A DNA stretch of 64,000 nucleotides from Candidatus Bathyarchaeia archaeon. GTDB lineage: Archaea > Thermoproteota > Bathyarchaeia > TCS64. Position numbers and translations under genes: made by a program. Under the pieces are notes generated by a model. It searched no databases and was not told the DNA's origin. It saw only the letters and a list, made by a program, of their open reading frames with translations. Below are positions 20,223 to 30,172 of this stretch, one piece after another. Within the stretch, counting starts at the first letter, position 1. Every line of letters begins with the position of its first letter. Location of the stretch: contig JBEKDF010000010.1 of assembly GCA_050014495.1 (NCBI GenBank), positions 20,094 through 84,093 of the forward strand, in the 5' to 3' direction.

Positions 20223-20867
20223 TTACACTCTGTCGCCTAGGCCTGTGCCGACCTTGCTCTGGCCGCCTGGCAGTTCTGGGAAGGTGTCCTTCATCCTTGA
20301 TTCGGCGATGGTCTGTGCCTCGTCCAATATCTTGGCAGAGTCCTCGTTCACCGACTCGAAGTTGATGGTCATTCCCGTCACTGCGCCTGCGTCGACGACG
20401 ATGCCACTGAGGAGGTTACCGATCTCACCAAGCTCCTTCTCGGCTTGTGGGCTGATTGCCGCCATGCCTGTCTTGATGTCGCTAATGACACCTACGACCG
20501 GTAGGAGGGTGACTGCGACGTCACCTAGTTCCGTGACGGTCTTGAGGCGTAGCGTGATCTGCTCCAAGGCGAGTTTTGCATGGAATATCATCTTCTCCAT
20601 CTTGCGGATCTCGGCGAGCTCATTTGCGAAGACGTTTGCGCGTGCTGTGTCGTGCTTGGCGTATGCGTCGACGATCCTGTTGAAAATGGTCTTGTCGCGT
20701 TCCTGGAAGCGGTTGCTGGCCTGGTCGAGGCGCTGGATCTGCATCTCGATCCGCTTAGTGGCCGCGTCGAGGCGGGGCTTGAGTGGGCCCGGTGGCCTGA
20801 CTGCGTCCTTTACCTTGTTTGATAAGGACGGGTCGTTGTTCTTCTCCCATCTGTTAGCAAAACTCAT
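20223..20867 (-). CDS. ESCRT-III (Snf7, CdvB1/2-like) protein
   Basis: PLKPRL...RDKTIF...RANVFANELAEIRK...LEQITLRL.T..ELGD...FPELP. Confidence 0.92.
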   Translation of the reverse strand: MSFANRWEKNNDPSLSNKVKDAVRPPGPLKPRLDAATKRIEMQIQRLDQASNRFQERDKTIFNRIVDAYAKHDTARANVFANELAEIRKMEKMIFHAKLALEQITLRLKTVTELGDVAVTLLPVVGVISDIKTGMAAISPQAEKELGEIGNLLSGIVVDAGAVTGMTINFESVNEDSAKILDEAQTIAESRMKDTFPELPGGQSKVGTGLGDRV

Positions 20868-21132
20868 TATCTATTACGCTCAAAGATACAAGCGAGCATA
20901 AAGAGCATCAAACTGTTGTCTCAACAATGTTATCAAATGCGTAGATTGTACTCTTATTTCATGGATGTTTTAACCTCTTTTTGTAATAGAACCTTTGGGC
21001 GGTGAGAGTAACTATTGCATCATTAAATCAAAAAACATAAGGGAGGTTATTCTTTTTTAATAAAATAAACATTTTCACTATACGGCACCCTTAATATATA
21101 AATAGGCTCATCCTTGACCAAGGTTGAATAGC

Positions 21133-21342
21133 ATGGCAGGTAGATTTACCGTTTTAGTGGTTTTCGCTGTTCTTGGCTTCGTCGGTGGTATAGTTGCAAA
21201 AATGGTGTACACACCACTAAGTCAATGGATATTGCAAATGTGGCCCAATTTCGGGTTAGATTGGATACTATCTGGCGCAGCCGGTACAGTGCTCACCCTA
21301 CTGATAGTGGTCATCTGGGCATCGTTCTCCCCTGATAAGTGA
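21133..21342 (+). CDS. Small two-TM membrane protein
   Basis: 69 aa with two hydrophobic Gly-rich helices; preceded by an AT-rich TATA-like tract (~21095). Confidence 0.7.
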   Translation: MAGRFTVLVVFAVLGFVGGIVAKMVYTPLSQWILQMWPNFGLDWILSGAAGTVLTLLIVVIWASFSPDK

Positions 21343-21424
21343 ATCATTGGGGAACCTATTTTTTCTCACCATTGTTTATTGGAAACATTTAATGGAGCCC
21401 CGCCGCTGTTCAATTGTCGTGGGC

Positions 21425-22081
21425 ATGGACAGGATATCTTTAAAGATTGATCTCCACGTTCACACTCGCTTTAGCAGAGATGCTATCAACTGTTTTTCTG
21501 ATATTAATGCAGCTTGTAAACGACTTGGCCTCGATGGATACGCCGTCTGCGATCACGATACCATAGAGGGTTTGAGGTCAAATGAGTCTGAAGGACTGGT
21601 TCTTGTTCCAGGGTTAGAGGTGTCGGCCCGAGGTGCTCATGTTCTCTGTCTTGACCCAGTAGAGGTCGTGCCTAGTGGGCTATCCATCGTTGAGACGGTT
21701 GAGAGAATTCACTCCCAGGGGGCTACCGCGGTTCTCGCCCATCCGAGGGCATTTCCTAGGAGTTTTGTCAGTCTCAGGAATGCGAGTGAGGTGGGTTTTG
21801 ATGCGGTGGAGGTTGCTAATGCCGCTCAGATCCCCTTCGGGTTGGTCATGAAATGGAATAGAGATTTAGCAAAAAAGCTTGGGTTGCCGGAGACGGGTGG
21901 GAGTGATGCTCACTTTCCTGAGACGATTGGAAGGTCGTATACGGTTATAGAGTCGGACTCGAGAAGTCCGGTGGATGTCATTCGTGCGATTAGGGAGGGG
22001 AGAACACGGGTCTTCGGTTCGGGGACCAAAGTGGGGGAGCGGCTTCTGAGGCTTGGGTATTCTTTGGGTAGCGATGTGTAG
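21425..22081 (+). CDS. PHP-domain phosphoesterase
   Basis: DLHVHT, CDHD, GLEVS, AHP, GGSDAH. Confidence 0.9.
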   Translation: MDRISLKIDLHVHTRFSRDAINCFSDINAACKRLGLDGYAVCDHDTIEGLRSNESEGLVLVPGLEVSARGAHVLCLDPVEVVPSGLSIVETVERIHSQGATAVLAHPRAFPRSFVSLRNASEVGFDAVEVANAAQIPFGLVMKWNRDLAKKLGLPETGGSDAHFPETIGRSYTVIESDSRSPVDVIRAIREGRTRVFGSGTKVGERLLRLGYSLGSDV

Positions 22082-22120
22082 GGTTATATTGTGGGTGTAT
22101 CCTCGTCTGTCTGAGGCGGC

Positions 22121-23404
22121 TTGGCTAGGGTTTATGTAGAGGTCTATGGGTGCAGCGCCAACAGGGCGGATGCCGAGATCGCTTCAGGCCTCCTCCTCGA
22201 GGCTGGGCACGAGATCGTTGACTTGGTTGACGACGCGGATGTCTCCGTGTTGCTGACCTGCATTGTTAAGACGCCAACTGAGCGTAAGGTGGTCAGGAGA
22301 CTCAGAGAACTAGGGGACAGGCATATCGTGGTCGCAGGCTGTATGCCAAAGGCTCAAAGGAGTCTTGTTGAAGAGGTTTCACCCAACGCTTGCCTGGTAG
22401 GACCAGATGATGTTGCGAGAATACCGGATGCCGTCTCCGCTGCTGCTGCTGGGGAGAAGATTGTGTGTCTCGACGGGACCTCACCGGACCGCACATGCTT
22501 ACCCAGGTTGAGGTTTAGTGGATTAGTTCACATCGCTCCAATTTCTGCTGGCTGCCTCGGTAACTGTAGCTATTGCATAGTCAAGTTGGCTCGCGGGAGA
22601 CTTAGATCATTCCCCGTGGAGAGAATCGTGAGAGACGCGGAGGAGGCAATCTCATCGGGGTGTAAGGAGATCTGGGTCACTGCGGAGGACACCGCAGCTT
22701 ATGATTACAGTGGAGTAAGGCTACCAGACCTGCTTAGGAGTCTGGAGAAGATTGATGGTGACTTCATGATACGTGTCGGCATGATGACTCCCAACTCGGC
22801 GCTGCCTATAGTGGATGACCTCGTCGACGCCTTCAGGGGAGAGAAGGTTTTCCAATTTCTCCATGCACCAGTTCAGGCGGGGAGCGACGACGTTCTGGCG
22901 AGGATGCGGAGGAGATACAGTGTCACCGATTTCAAGGAGCTAGTCACACGCTTCAGGGAAGGAGTGCCCGGCATCGGTGTTTCTACGGATATCATATGTG
23001 GCTTCCCAGGGGAGTCTGAGGAGCAGTTCAAGGAGAGTCTGTTCCTAGTCGAGTGGCTCCGCCCTGATGCATTGAATATGAATAGGTTTTGGCCAAGGCC
23101 TGGGACGGAGGCCGTAGAGCTTGAGGGGCAGCTGAACGGACGCATCACGAAGTATAGATCGAGGAGACTCGACGAGCTGTGGACGAAGGTTGGGAGAGAA
23201 GCGAATAAGTCGTGGCTCGGTTGGGAAGGGGAGATTCTACTCGACGAATTAGGTCATAGTGGCGCGAAGATGGGCAGGACTCGCTCGTATAAGGCAGTCA
23301 CCGTTGTGACGAAGGCTCGCATCGGGGAGTGGATCAGAGTAAAGATCACAGGTGCTGAGAGGGCGTACCTGTTTGGTGAGGATATTAGGAATAAAATTAA
23401 GTAG
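22121..23404 (+). CDS. Radical-SAM tRNA methylthiotransferase (MiaB/MtaB-like, t6A37 C2)
   Basis: YGCSAN, LTCIVK, AGCMP, GCLGNCSYC, TDIICGFPGE, C-terminal TRAM domain. Confidence 0.92.
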   Translation: MARVYVEVYGCSANRADAEIASGLLLEAGHEIVDLVDDADVSVLLTCIVKTPTERKVVRRLRELGDRHIVVAGCMPKAQRSLVEEVSPNACLVGPDDVARIPDAVSAAAAGEKIVCLDGTSPDRTCLPRLRFSGLVHIAPISAGCLGNCSYCIVKLARGRLRSFPVERIVRDAEEAISSGCKEIWVTAEDTAAYDYSGVRLPDLLRSLEKIDGDFMIRVGMMTPNSALPIVDDLVDAFRGEKVFQFLHAPVQAGSDDVLARMRRRYSVTDFKELVTRFREGVPGIGVSTDIICGFPGESEEQFKESLFLVEWLRPDALNMNRFWPRPGTEAVELEGQLNGRITKYRSRRLDELWTKVGREANKSWLGWEGEILLDELGHSGAKMGRTRSYKAVTVVTKARIGEWIRVKITGAERAYLFGEDIRNKIK

Positions 23405-23454
23405 CTATGGATGCGCAGACGACTGTAAGTCTACCCAATTCATGCTGGTTAAGA

Positions 23455-23727
23455 CTATTTGGCTTTCTTCAGGGGACTAGTGCTAAGGATAACTCCGAGT
23501 ATTAGATAGAGAATGAACGTCCAGAAGGCGACGTCGAGTGCGAGGTTTAGCCAGTCGTAACTGGGGAACTGTGTTGGGATTACTCGGGTTGAGTACGCTA
23601 GTGGGGCTCCGTAGCTCACGATGTCGATCTGTATTCTCACGAATGGAGTTGGAAACATGCCTGTGCCCCAAGTAAGGAGAATCCCAAGGAGAACGGATAA
23701 GGCCGCAGCGAATAGTCTGCTTGCCAT
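23455..23727 (-). CDS. Hypothetical small membrane protein
   Basis: Two hydrophobic segments with YGAPL..., LALDVAFW; probable ATG at 23727. Confidence 0.65.
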   Translation of the reverse strand: MASRLFAAALSVLLGILLTWGTGMFPTPFVRIQIDIVSYGAPLAYSTRVIPTQFPSYDWLNLALDVAFWTFILYLILGVILSTSPLKKAK

Positions 23728-23817
23728 ATTTCTCGCGACTTCGAAGCGAGCCGTCTTGGATAAACCTTGGTCGCTTAAGCGCCTATTTATTAGAGGATGG
23801 GCATCGATATTGTGACC

Positions 23818-23988
23818 ATGAGCGCTGCGAGTAGGCAGGGAGTGGGGAAGAAATGCGGGCAGTGTAGGAAGTATTCGCGGAACACATTCTACTGCTCTAG
23901 GGAGCATAAGGTGCTCGATCAGAATAAGGAGGCGTGTGCTTCATTTGCGCCTAGGGAGTCACATCGCCCAAGGATGAGAAAGTTCTAG
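23818..23988 (+). CDS. Small Cys-rich (putative Zn-binding) basic protein
   Basis: KKCGQCRKY....YC...H........AC..F pattern; 56 aa. Confidence 0.55.
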   Translation: MSAASRQGVGKKCGQCRKYSRNTFYCSREHKVLDQNKEACASFAPRESHRPRMRKF

Positions 23989-23994
23989 AGAAAA

Positions 23995-24345
23995 TCAGTG
24001 GTTATCAGCGAGATGTAGATTTGCAACTATCGGTTCCTGCAAGATACATAAGATGCCCCTAATCTTAGTAGAGATTCTCCTACCTCTATCAGTCAGCCTA
24101 ATCATTTTCAATCTACGTTTCCTTACCTTCCTATCGGTGACCTCAACTAAACCGGCATCCAGCAACGCCTTATAGGAAGAATTTGTGGCTGGTCTCCCGA
24201 CTCCAAATCTCTCACTCATTTCACCATATAGTGCCGTCACGTTCAGCCCCTCAGAATGAATGCTTAACTGAATCAGAACCCTAAGCGCCGCCTTCGGTTC
24301 ATCAAGGGGATCCATAATTGGGCGCACGCGTGTTTGTTTTTCCAT
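23995..24345 (-). CDS. Winged-helix (MarR/ArsR-like) DNA-binding protein
   Basis: LLDAGLVE......RRLKMIRLTDRG wing motif. Confidence 0.75.
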   Translation of the reverse strand: MEKQTRVRPIMDPLDEPKAALRVLIQLSIHSEGLNVTALYGEMSERFGVGRPATNSSYKALLDAGLVEVTDRKVRKRRLKMIRLTDRGRRISTKIRGILCILQEPIVANLHLADNH

Positions 24346-24665
24346 AGATTAGCTATCGTGTGAAGTTAATTAAATTCTATCGTCAAAGTCAAGGATTCAG
24401 ACAATTATGTACAATGCATGATACCGATATTAGACATTCTATCTCTTAATACACTTCTTATGTAATAGAATGATTGTCTATTACATACATCGTACATTAC
24501 TAGCAATTTATTTGATCCATGCGTGAGCATCAATCGCGTTCTTAATCATCCACTGCTGGAGCGCATCACTGCCCAGCGCCTCGAAGCGTTCACCTCCGGG
24601 ACCAGGTGCACTGTTAATCCTGTTAAGTGTTTTTTGTTCGGGTGTTGTGTGCACCTCATCACCTT

Positions 24666-24695
24666 CATCGTGCACATCACGCACATCGTGCACAT
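24666..24695. repeat. 9-bp tandem repeat (CACATCRYG)
   Basis: CATCGTG-CACATCACG-CACATCGTG-CACAT. Confidence 0.7.
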
Positions 24696-24733
24696 TAGCT
24701 GTAGTATCTCTGGACCCCTTACTATAGCGTGCT

Positions 24734-25072
24734 TTCCAGCAGGCGTAGCTGCAGAGAGTACGCGTTGTGCATGCTGTGTTGTGCTACCTGCACCTGCTAC
24801 CTGCTCAAGAGGTACAACCCAATCAGATATCTGACTGCCAACGAAGCGTGTGCACGCGTGTTAAATTTGTGGAAGCATCCTGAGCAGGCAGAGCATGCAC
24901 AGCAGGCTCACCTCCTCCGCACCCTGCTCTATAGCAGGGGTTCCAACAGGTATGGCTGCAGGTGGTGCACGCTGTGCTTGCTCAGCTATGCTACCTGCAC
25001 CCGCTCCCGCTCCTGCAACAGATACCCGCTCAAGAGGCGCTACCCATTTAGGTATCTGCTTATCAAGGAAGC
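24734..25072. repeat. Degenerate direct duplication of ~115-130 bp (24734-24847 and 24941-25072)
   Basis: Shared blocks in the same order: TTCCARCAGG, GCTGCAG, TGCTACCTGCACC, GCTCAAGAGG, TATCTG, GAAGC. Confidence 0.75.
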
Positions 25073-25184
25073 CGAGATCATGCAGCTCCTTCCGCTTCGA
25101 GCCGCTCGTCTTCAGCGTCGTGATGTAGCCACCCAGAGCACACGCGCGCAACGGGAGTCGACAAAGGGGGCCCTATTCAGTAAA

Positions 25185-25199
25185 TGGCGGGCCCGGTGG
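25185..25199 (-). repeat. att-like copy 1 of tRNA-Arg 3' end
   Basis: TGGCGGGCCCGGTGG, 15/15 identical to 32339-32353. Confidence 0.8.
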
Positions 25200-25286
25200 T
25201 ATCCACCTAAAAGATTATTCCATAAGTATGCACGCGCGCGCAAGTACACGCTAGGGTTAAAAAAGGCATTAATCTAACTGTAGTTT

Positions 25287-26444
25287 ATGGCATCGATGAA
25301 GATTCTGGACGACATTCGAGTCGTGGATCTAACTGATCACTGGTTTGGCCCATGGTGCACCCTCCTCCTAGCAGAACTAGGGGCTGATGTGATTAAAGTT
25401 GAGCCGACGTGGGGAGCCACGGCGAGAATCGGAGGTGGACAACGCCTGGGTGGTTCAGACCCAGTCTTTCACTACCTGAATATGAACAAGAAGAGCCTCT
25501 CCATCAACCTGAAGGCAGATCAGGGCCACATGATCTTCATGGAGCTCGTGAAGAGGTCAGACATCGTTGTCCAGAACTATCTCCCCGGCGTAATGGAGAG
25601 ACTCGGCCTAGGATACGACGCCCTCAGGGAGGCTAATCCTAGAATCATCTATGCAGCCCTCAGTGGCTTCGGTCAGTACGGGCCCTACTCAAATAGAGCC
25701 TCATTCGACGTCGTAGCTGAGGCCATGAGCGGCCACACTCGCTTGACCGGGGACCTAGTTGACCCAAATGGTCCGCCTCTTAACATGGCTGAGAGCTATG
25801 GGGACCTCGGACCTGGAACCGTTGCAGCTTATTGCATCATGGCAGCGATCCGAAACAGGGATAGAAAGGGAATCGGGCAGATGTTGGATGTAGCGCAGGC
25901 CGATTGCATGGTCGCCTTGAACCCGGCTATAGTTGAATATTCGATGACGGGTCTGCTGCCGTGGCAGATCCGTGAGAGGTACCCTACGACTCATATCAGC
26001 GGGATAGTTAAGGCGAGTGATGGGTGGGTTCAGGTAGCCGGATTCAGACCGAGGGCCCTCGACGCCCTCAAGGAGAAGCTGGGTGTGGAGGTTGTGACGC
26101 TGGCTGCTGTGAAGGAGATGGTGAGCGGTATGACGCGAGATGAGGCTGTGGAGTACTTCGTGGATATCGGCATGCCCGTCGCCCCCGTTTACCAGGTGAA
26201 CGAGAGCCTTGAAGACCCTCATCTTAATGCGAGAGGCATGTTCATCGAGGTTGAGCATAGTAAGGTGGGGAAATTTAGGACGGTGAACTTCCCCGTCAAG
26301 TTCTCTGACACGCCAGGTGAGGTGAAGTCCGCCGCCCCGCTCATTGGGCAGCATAACAGGGAGATCCTCAAGGGGCTGCTGGGCTACGATGAAGAGCGAA
26401 TCGTGGAGCTTGAGAAAGGAGGCATCATCTATACGGACAAATAG
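25287..26444 (+). CDS. CaiB/BaiF family III CoA-transferase
   Basis: LAELGADVIKVE, NKKSLSINLK, QNYLPGVMERLGLGY, SGFGQYGPY, AP.IGQHN. Confidence 0.93.
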   Translation: MASMKILDDIRVVDLTDHWFGPWCTLLLAELGADVIKVEPTWGATARIGGGQRLGGSDPVFHYLNMNKKSLSINLKADQGHMIFMELVKRSDIVVQNYLPGVMERLGLGYDALREANPRIIYAALSGFGQYGPYSNRASFDVVAEAMSGHTRLTGDLVDPNGPPLNMAESYGDLGPGTVAAYCIMAAIRNRDRKGIGQMLDVAQADCMVALNPAIVEYSMTGLLPWQIRERYPTTHISGIVKASDGWVQVAGFRPRALDALKEKLGVEVVTLAAVKEMVSGMTRDEAVEYFVDIGMPVAPVYQVNESLEDPHLNARGMFIEVEHSKVGKFRTVNFPVKFSDTPGEVKSAAPLIGQHNREILKGLLGYDEERIVELEKGGIIYTDK

Positions 26445-26965
26445 AGGACAAAAGCGTATTTTATACCCTATTTCGGGGATTTTTTCTGTGTGTTTTTCAG
26501 CCCTATATATCATTAACTAACATTACACAAGAGTGTGTGCGCGCATGTCAAGCATTAATCTTCACAGTTGAGCATCAAATGGAAGTGAGGATAAGCGCGC
26601 GCGGGGAGTGCTTAGAGTTTATCAGTGAATTTGCAGACTTTTGGTCAACTTGTCGTTGTAAGCATTTTAAGCGGGTTTATACCGTAGACCGTAAGAATAA
26701 TAAGTGCCATTCAAAGCTTTCATCTATAAAGATACTAGAATAAGAATGAGGAAAAGGAGCTCGATAAGAAAATAAGAAAAATGTTTAAACAGAATATCCG
26801 GAAAAAGAAGCATAGCAGGACCAGGGTTAACGTAATTGTTGCAGCGAGGGTTGCCACAGCCAAAACCCTGACAAAAAATGATGCGCTCAGCCTCGGACAA
26901 TAATGAAAAAGCGTTATGTGGAGCTACGAGAGTGTCTCATGGGAGTCTTAGAGGAGGGCTGAGAG

Positions 26966-27538
26966 ATGAGTGAAACAAGTCCTTATGATGTGGAGATACA
27001 GAACGTCGTCGCGTCGGTGACCCTCGACCAGAAGATAAACCTTCTCGACATCATGAAGGTCTTCAGGAACGTGGAGTATAGGCCAAAGCAATTCCCTGGA
27101 CTCGTCTTCAGGCTTAAGCGGCCGAAGACAGCGACCCTCATATTCGGCAGTGGTAAGATGGTCTGCACGGGGGCGAAGTCGGAGAAGCAGGCGAGGAGCG
27201 CGGTGAAGAAGGTGGTCAGGGAGCTGAAGACGAACGGGATCATCATACTCGGGAAGCCAAAGATAGTGATCCAGAACATGGTCGCCTCCGCGAACCTCCA
27301 CGGCAAAGTAGACCTGGAGACGATGTCTGACGTCCTGGAGCACGTTATGTACGAGCCTGAGCAGTTCCCCGGCGCCATCTATAGGATGACGGAGCCCAAG
27401 GTGGTCCTGCTGGTATTCGCCTCGGGGAAGCTCGTGATCACCGGGGCCAAGAGGGAGGAGCAGGTTCATGAGGCCGCTGACAAGATCAGAGCCATCCTGA
27501 TCGATTACGATCTGCTTTTCTTGGGAGAAGATCTCTAG
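26966..27538 (+). CDS. tbp: TATA-box-binding protein
   Basis: Two TBP repeats: IQNVVAS...Y.P.QFPGL...LIFGSGKMVCTGAKS and IQNMVAS...YEPEQFPG...LVFASGKLVITGAK. Confidence 0.97.
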   Translation: MSETSPYDVEIQNVVASVTLDQKINLLDIMKVFRNVEYRPKQFPGLVFRLKRPKTATLIFGSGKMVCTGAKSEKQARSAVKKVVRELKTNGIIILGKPKIVIQNMVASANLHGKVDLETMSDVLEHVMYEPEQFPGAIYRMTEPKVVLLVFASGKLVITGAKREEQVHEAADKIRAILIDYDLLFLGEDL

Positions 27539-27671
27539 TACTAGCTCGCGTGCACCCATTCTTTATCTATGAATCAGAGTACTCTCACCTAAGAAGTTGA
27601 GGCTCTTCATGCGCGCGCGATTCTCGCCTGCCTTGAAAATACCCTGATCATGAACTGAGGTGTAGGATTAG

Positions 27672-27695
27672 TGGCGGGCTCGGTGGGATTTGAAC
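27672..27695 (-). repeat. att-like copy 2 of tRNA-Arg 3' end
   Basis: TGGCGGGCTCGGTGGGATTTGAAC, 23/24 match to 32339-32362. Confidence 0.88.
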
Positions 27696-27775
27696 GCGTA
27701 GATTCGTGGAGATGTCACCCGCAAATCCCATTTTTTTTATTATTCTGAATAAATAATCAGCGTATTTTACCACGG

Positions 27776-29866
27776 TTAAATAGGTGTCACCTGGCATAGC
27801 TGCGATTTATATGCGGGGAAACCTGATATCGGGTCCAAGTTTTTATCATCGCATAGAAGATTCACGTTTAATTCGTCTGGCCATAGATGGGGTAGATGCA
27901 CTACACCTGGTAATGTCGTGTCTGTTATGTTGGCCTTTACTATTACGCTGCCCCTAGAAGAGCTGACCATTACCCTTTGTCTTTGCTCGATTTTTCTCTT
28001 CTCGGCGTCATCGGGGTGGATCTCTAGGAGTGGCTCTGGTACCATTTCTCGAAGCTTCTTTATGTTTCTATACTGGGAGTTGGTGAAGTTGACCGTCCGT
28101 GCCCCTGTTGTGAGCACCAGCGGATATTTTTCCGCTAACTTTGGTGTACTTATGGGGCTCTCAGCTGGTTCCCTATAGATGGGTAGGGGTTCGTACCCAT
28201 GCTTTCTTAATATGCTGGACTCGATCTCAACCTTCCCTGAAGGTGTCTTGAAGCCCGTCGCTTCATATTGTTTAATCGACTTAGCTGGCATAGGGTACAT
28301 GATCCCGTCGGGAGTTTTCCTGAGTTTCTTCACGGTGAGCCCTATCGGCTCTAGAATTTCATTGAAGCACTTCTCTATGTCGCCGTTCCAGTACTCATCG
28401 TCTAATCCTAGTCGTTTCGCCAACTCATAGTATATTTTCCACTCCGGCCAGGATTCGCCTACTGGCTCTATAGAGGGTTCGATGAGCCATACATGTCCCC
28501 CTTCTCTGGTTAAGAGTATGTCTCGTTCTAGCCATGTGGATATTGGCAGAACTATATCGCTAATTCGTGTGGCGGGTGTGTGGAAGAAGTCGATGTCGAC
28601 GATTAGTTCTAGTTGTTTTAGTGTGTCTTCTAGCCTACGGCTGTTGGGGAAGAACTGTAGATTCAATCCCGCTGCCACTAGGGCTCTTATTGGGTAGGGT
28701 TTGCTGGTTAGGATCTGTTCCACTATTGCGTTCGCCTGCATCTCCTCAAAGAGCTCTGTGAAGACTGGGAAACGCTGTGCCCCAACCCCTTGAGGCATGT
28801 CTTTTACCTTCTCTTGCAGGGTGATCTGCTTTGTTGGTGGTTTTTCGGGGGAGCTTCTGTTACCTCCCGGGACTTCAATGTTTCCTAGTATGGCCGGTAT
28901 CAGGTAGATTGCTCGAGTGTTCTGCACTCCATTCTGGTGGTGTACAGTGGCTTCCGGACTCGTCATGATCTTGCTTGGAGTATTTTTAGCGAACATCAAA
29001 GCTGCTTCTCGGATTTTTTCTGCTGGGACCCAGGTGATTTTCTCCACTTTCTTTGGTGGATAGTCCTGTACGAGTTCTCTAAGTTTATCGAAGCCCACCG
29101 TCCATTTGTTCACGAATTCTTTGTCGTAAAGATTTTCGTTTATGATGATATTCATCATTCCGAGTGCAAGGGCGCCATCTGTTCCCGGGCGCAGCTGGAG
29201 ATGTATGTCGGCGATGCCTGCTATCTGAGTCTTCCTGGGATCAACGACGATGTATTTTAGTCTCCTCTCCTTAGCGTCGAGGCAGTTCTTCCAGTTGAGT
29301 GGAGTAGAGTGTCTCACGGCGGAGCCCCAAATCATCATGCATTTACATTCCGGATCTATCTGCCTCGAGTTTACGAGGAAGTTCCCATAGTCTTTACCGA
29401 AGTTCAGTGTAGCGGCGAGCCAGGTCGCCGAGAAGCAGCTGCTTGTCTCAGTAGTGTAGTTAGGGGACCCGTAGGCGTGTACGAGGCGGCGAAGGTATGG
29501 TCGTGGCTCCTTGGTATATGCCACGTAGAAGACAGTTTCCTCTGGTCCACTCTCCTTTTTAATTTCCAGTAATTTTTTGGCGACTGTATCCAGGGCTTCA
29601 CTCCACGAGATTTCTTTAAACTCCCCTGTCCCTCTCTCGCCTACTCGCTTCAAGGGATGTAGAATGCGTTCAGGATGATAGACGAAGTCAAGCTGCGCCT
29701 TCCATCTAGGACAGAACTCTCTCGCTTGTTCGTTAAGCATCTCAATTTTTTTCGCTTTCCCATTGACTACATGGACTTTTATTGGGCAATAGCTGTCACA
29801 CATGTAGCAGGCGCCTGGCTTAAGTGAGGTGCCTAGCTTCTCCAGAGGCGACTTTTCATTTGCCAT
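27776..29866 (-). CDS. Molybdopterin (DMSO reductase family) oxidoreductase catalytic subunit
   Basis: CYMCDSYC...FCPR Fe-S motif, ERILHPLKRVGERG, SWSEALD, PGTDGAL, TPSGKVE, C-terminal molydop-binding domain. Confidence 0.92.
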   Translation of the reverse strand: MANEKSPLEKLGTSLKPGACYMCDSYCPIKVHVVNGKAKKIEMLNEQAREFCPRWKAQLDFVYHPERILHPLKRVGERGTGEFKEISWSEALDTVAKKLLEIKKESGPEETVFYVAYTKEPRPYLRRLVHAYGSPNYTTETSSCFSATWLAATLNFGKDYGNFLVNSRQIDPECKCMMIWGSAVRHSTPLNWKNCLDAKERRLKYIVVDPRKTQIAGIADIHLQLRPGTDGALALGMMNIIINENLYDKEFVNKWTVGFDKLRELVQDYPPKKVEKITWVPAEKIREAALMFAKNTPSKIMTSPEATVHHQNGVQNTRAIYLIPAILGNIEVPGGNRSSPEKPPTKQITLQEKVKDMPQGVGAQRFPVFTELFEEMQANAIVEQILTSKPYPIRALVAAGLNLQFFPNSRRLEDTLKQLELIVDIDFFHTPATRISDIVLPISTWLERDILLTREGGHVWLIEPSIEPVGESWPEWKIYYELAKRLGLDDEYWNGDIEKCFNEILEPIGLTVKKLRKTPDGIMYPMPAKSIKQYEATGFKTPSGKVEIESSILRKHGYEPLPIYREPAESPISTPKLAEKYPLVLTTGARTVNFTNSQYRNIKKLREMVPEPLLEIHPDDAEKRKIEQRQRVMVSSSRGSVIVKANITDTTLPGVVHLPHLWPDELNVNLLCDDKNLDPISGFPAYKSQLCQVTPI

Positions 29867-29928
29867 AGTTAATGATTAACGTGGTCTAGTAATTATTTAC
29901 TTTGCGCGCGCATAGTGTGAGGATAAGA

Positions 29929-30172
29929 TTATTGAGTAGAAGGAGTTTCAGTTTTAAAGGTATCCTGAGAAGGAGAAGCAAAAAGCATCTCTGGGTGATC
30001 CTTCTCATACTCTTTTAATCGATTATAGAGGTACTCAGTATCATAGCCAATCCGCGGAAAATTGTATTCCTTCCTTATCGCCTTAATCCCCTTTTCTATA
30101 TGCTCCCAAACATTAACCGTGCTACCCCCCATCAGCTTAGCCACGAACCTTATGTCTATGAGACCCTCGCCG
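29929..30172 (-). pseudogene. C-terminal fragment of a DUF4760-like protein
   Basis: EGLIDIRFVAKLMGG....WE......IR......R....TEYLY..LK resembles the C-terminal half of that family (recognised by eye). The resemblance ends at the CG tract at 30173-30182. Confidence 0.55.
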
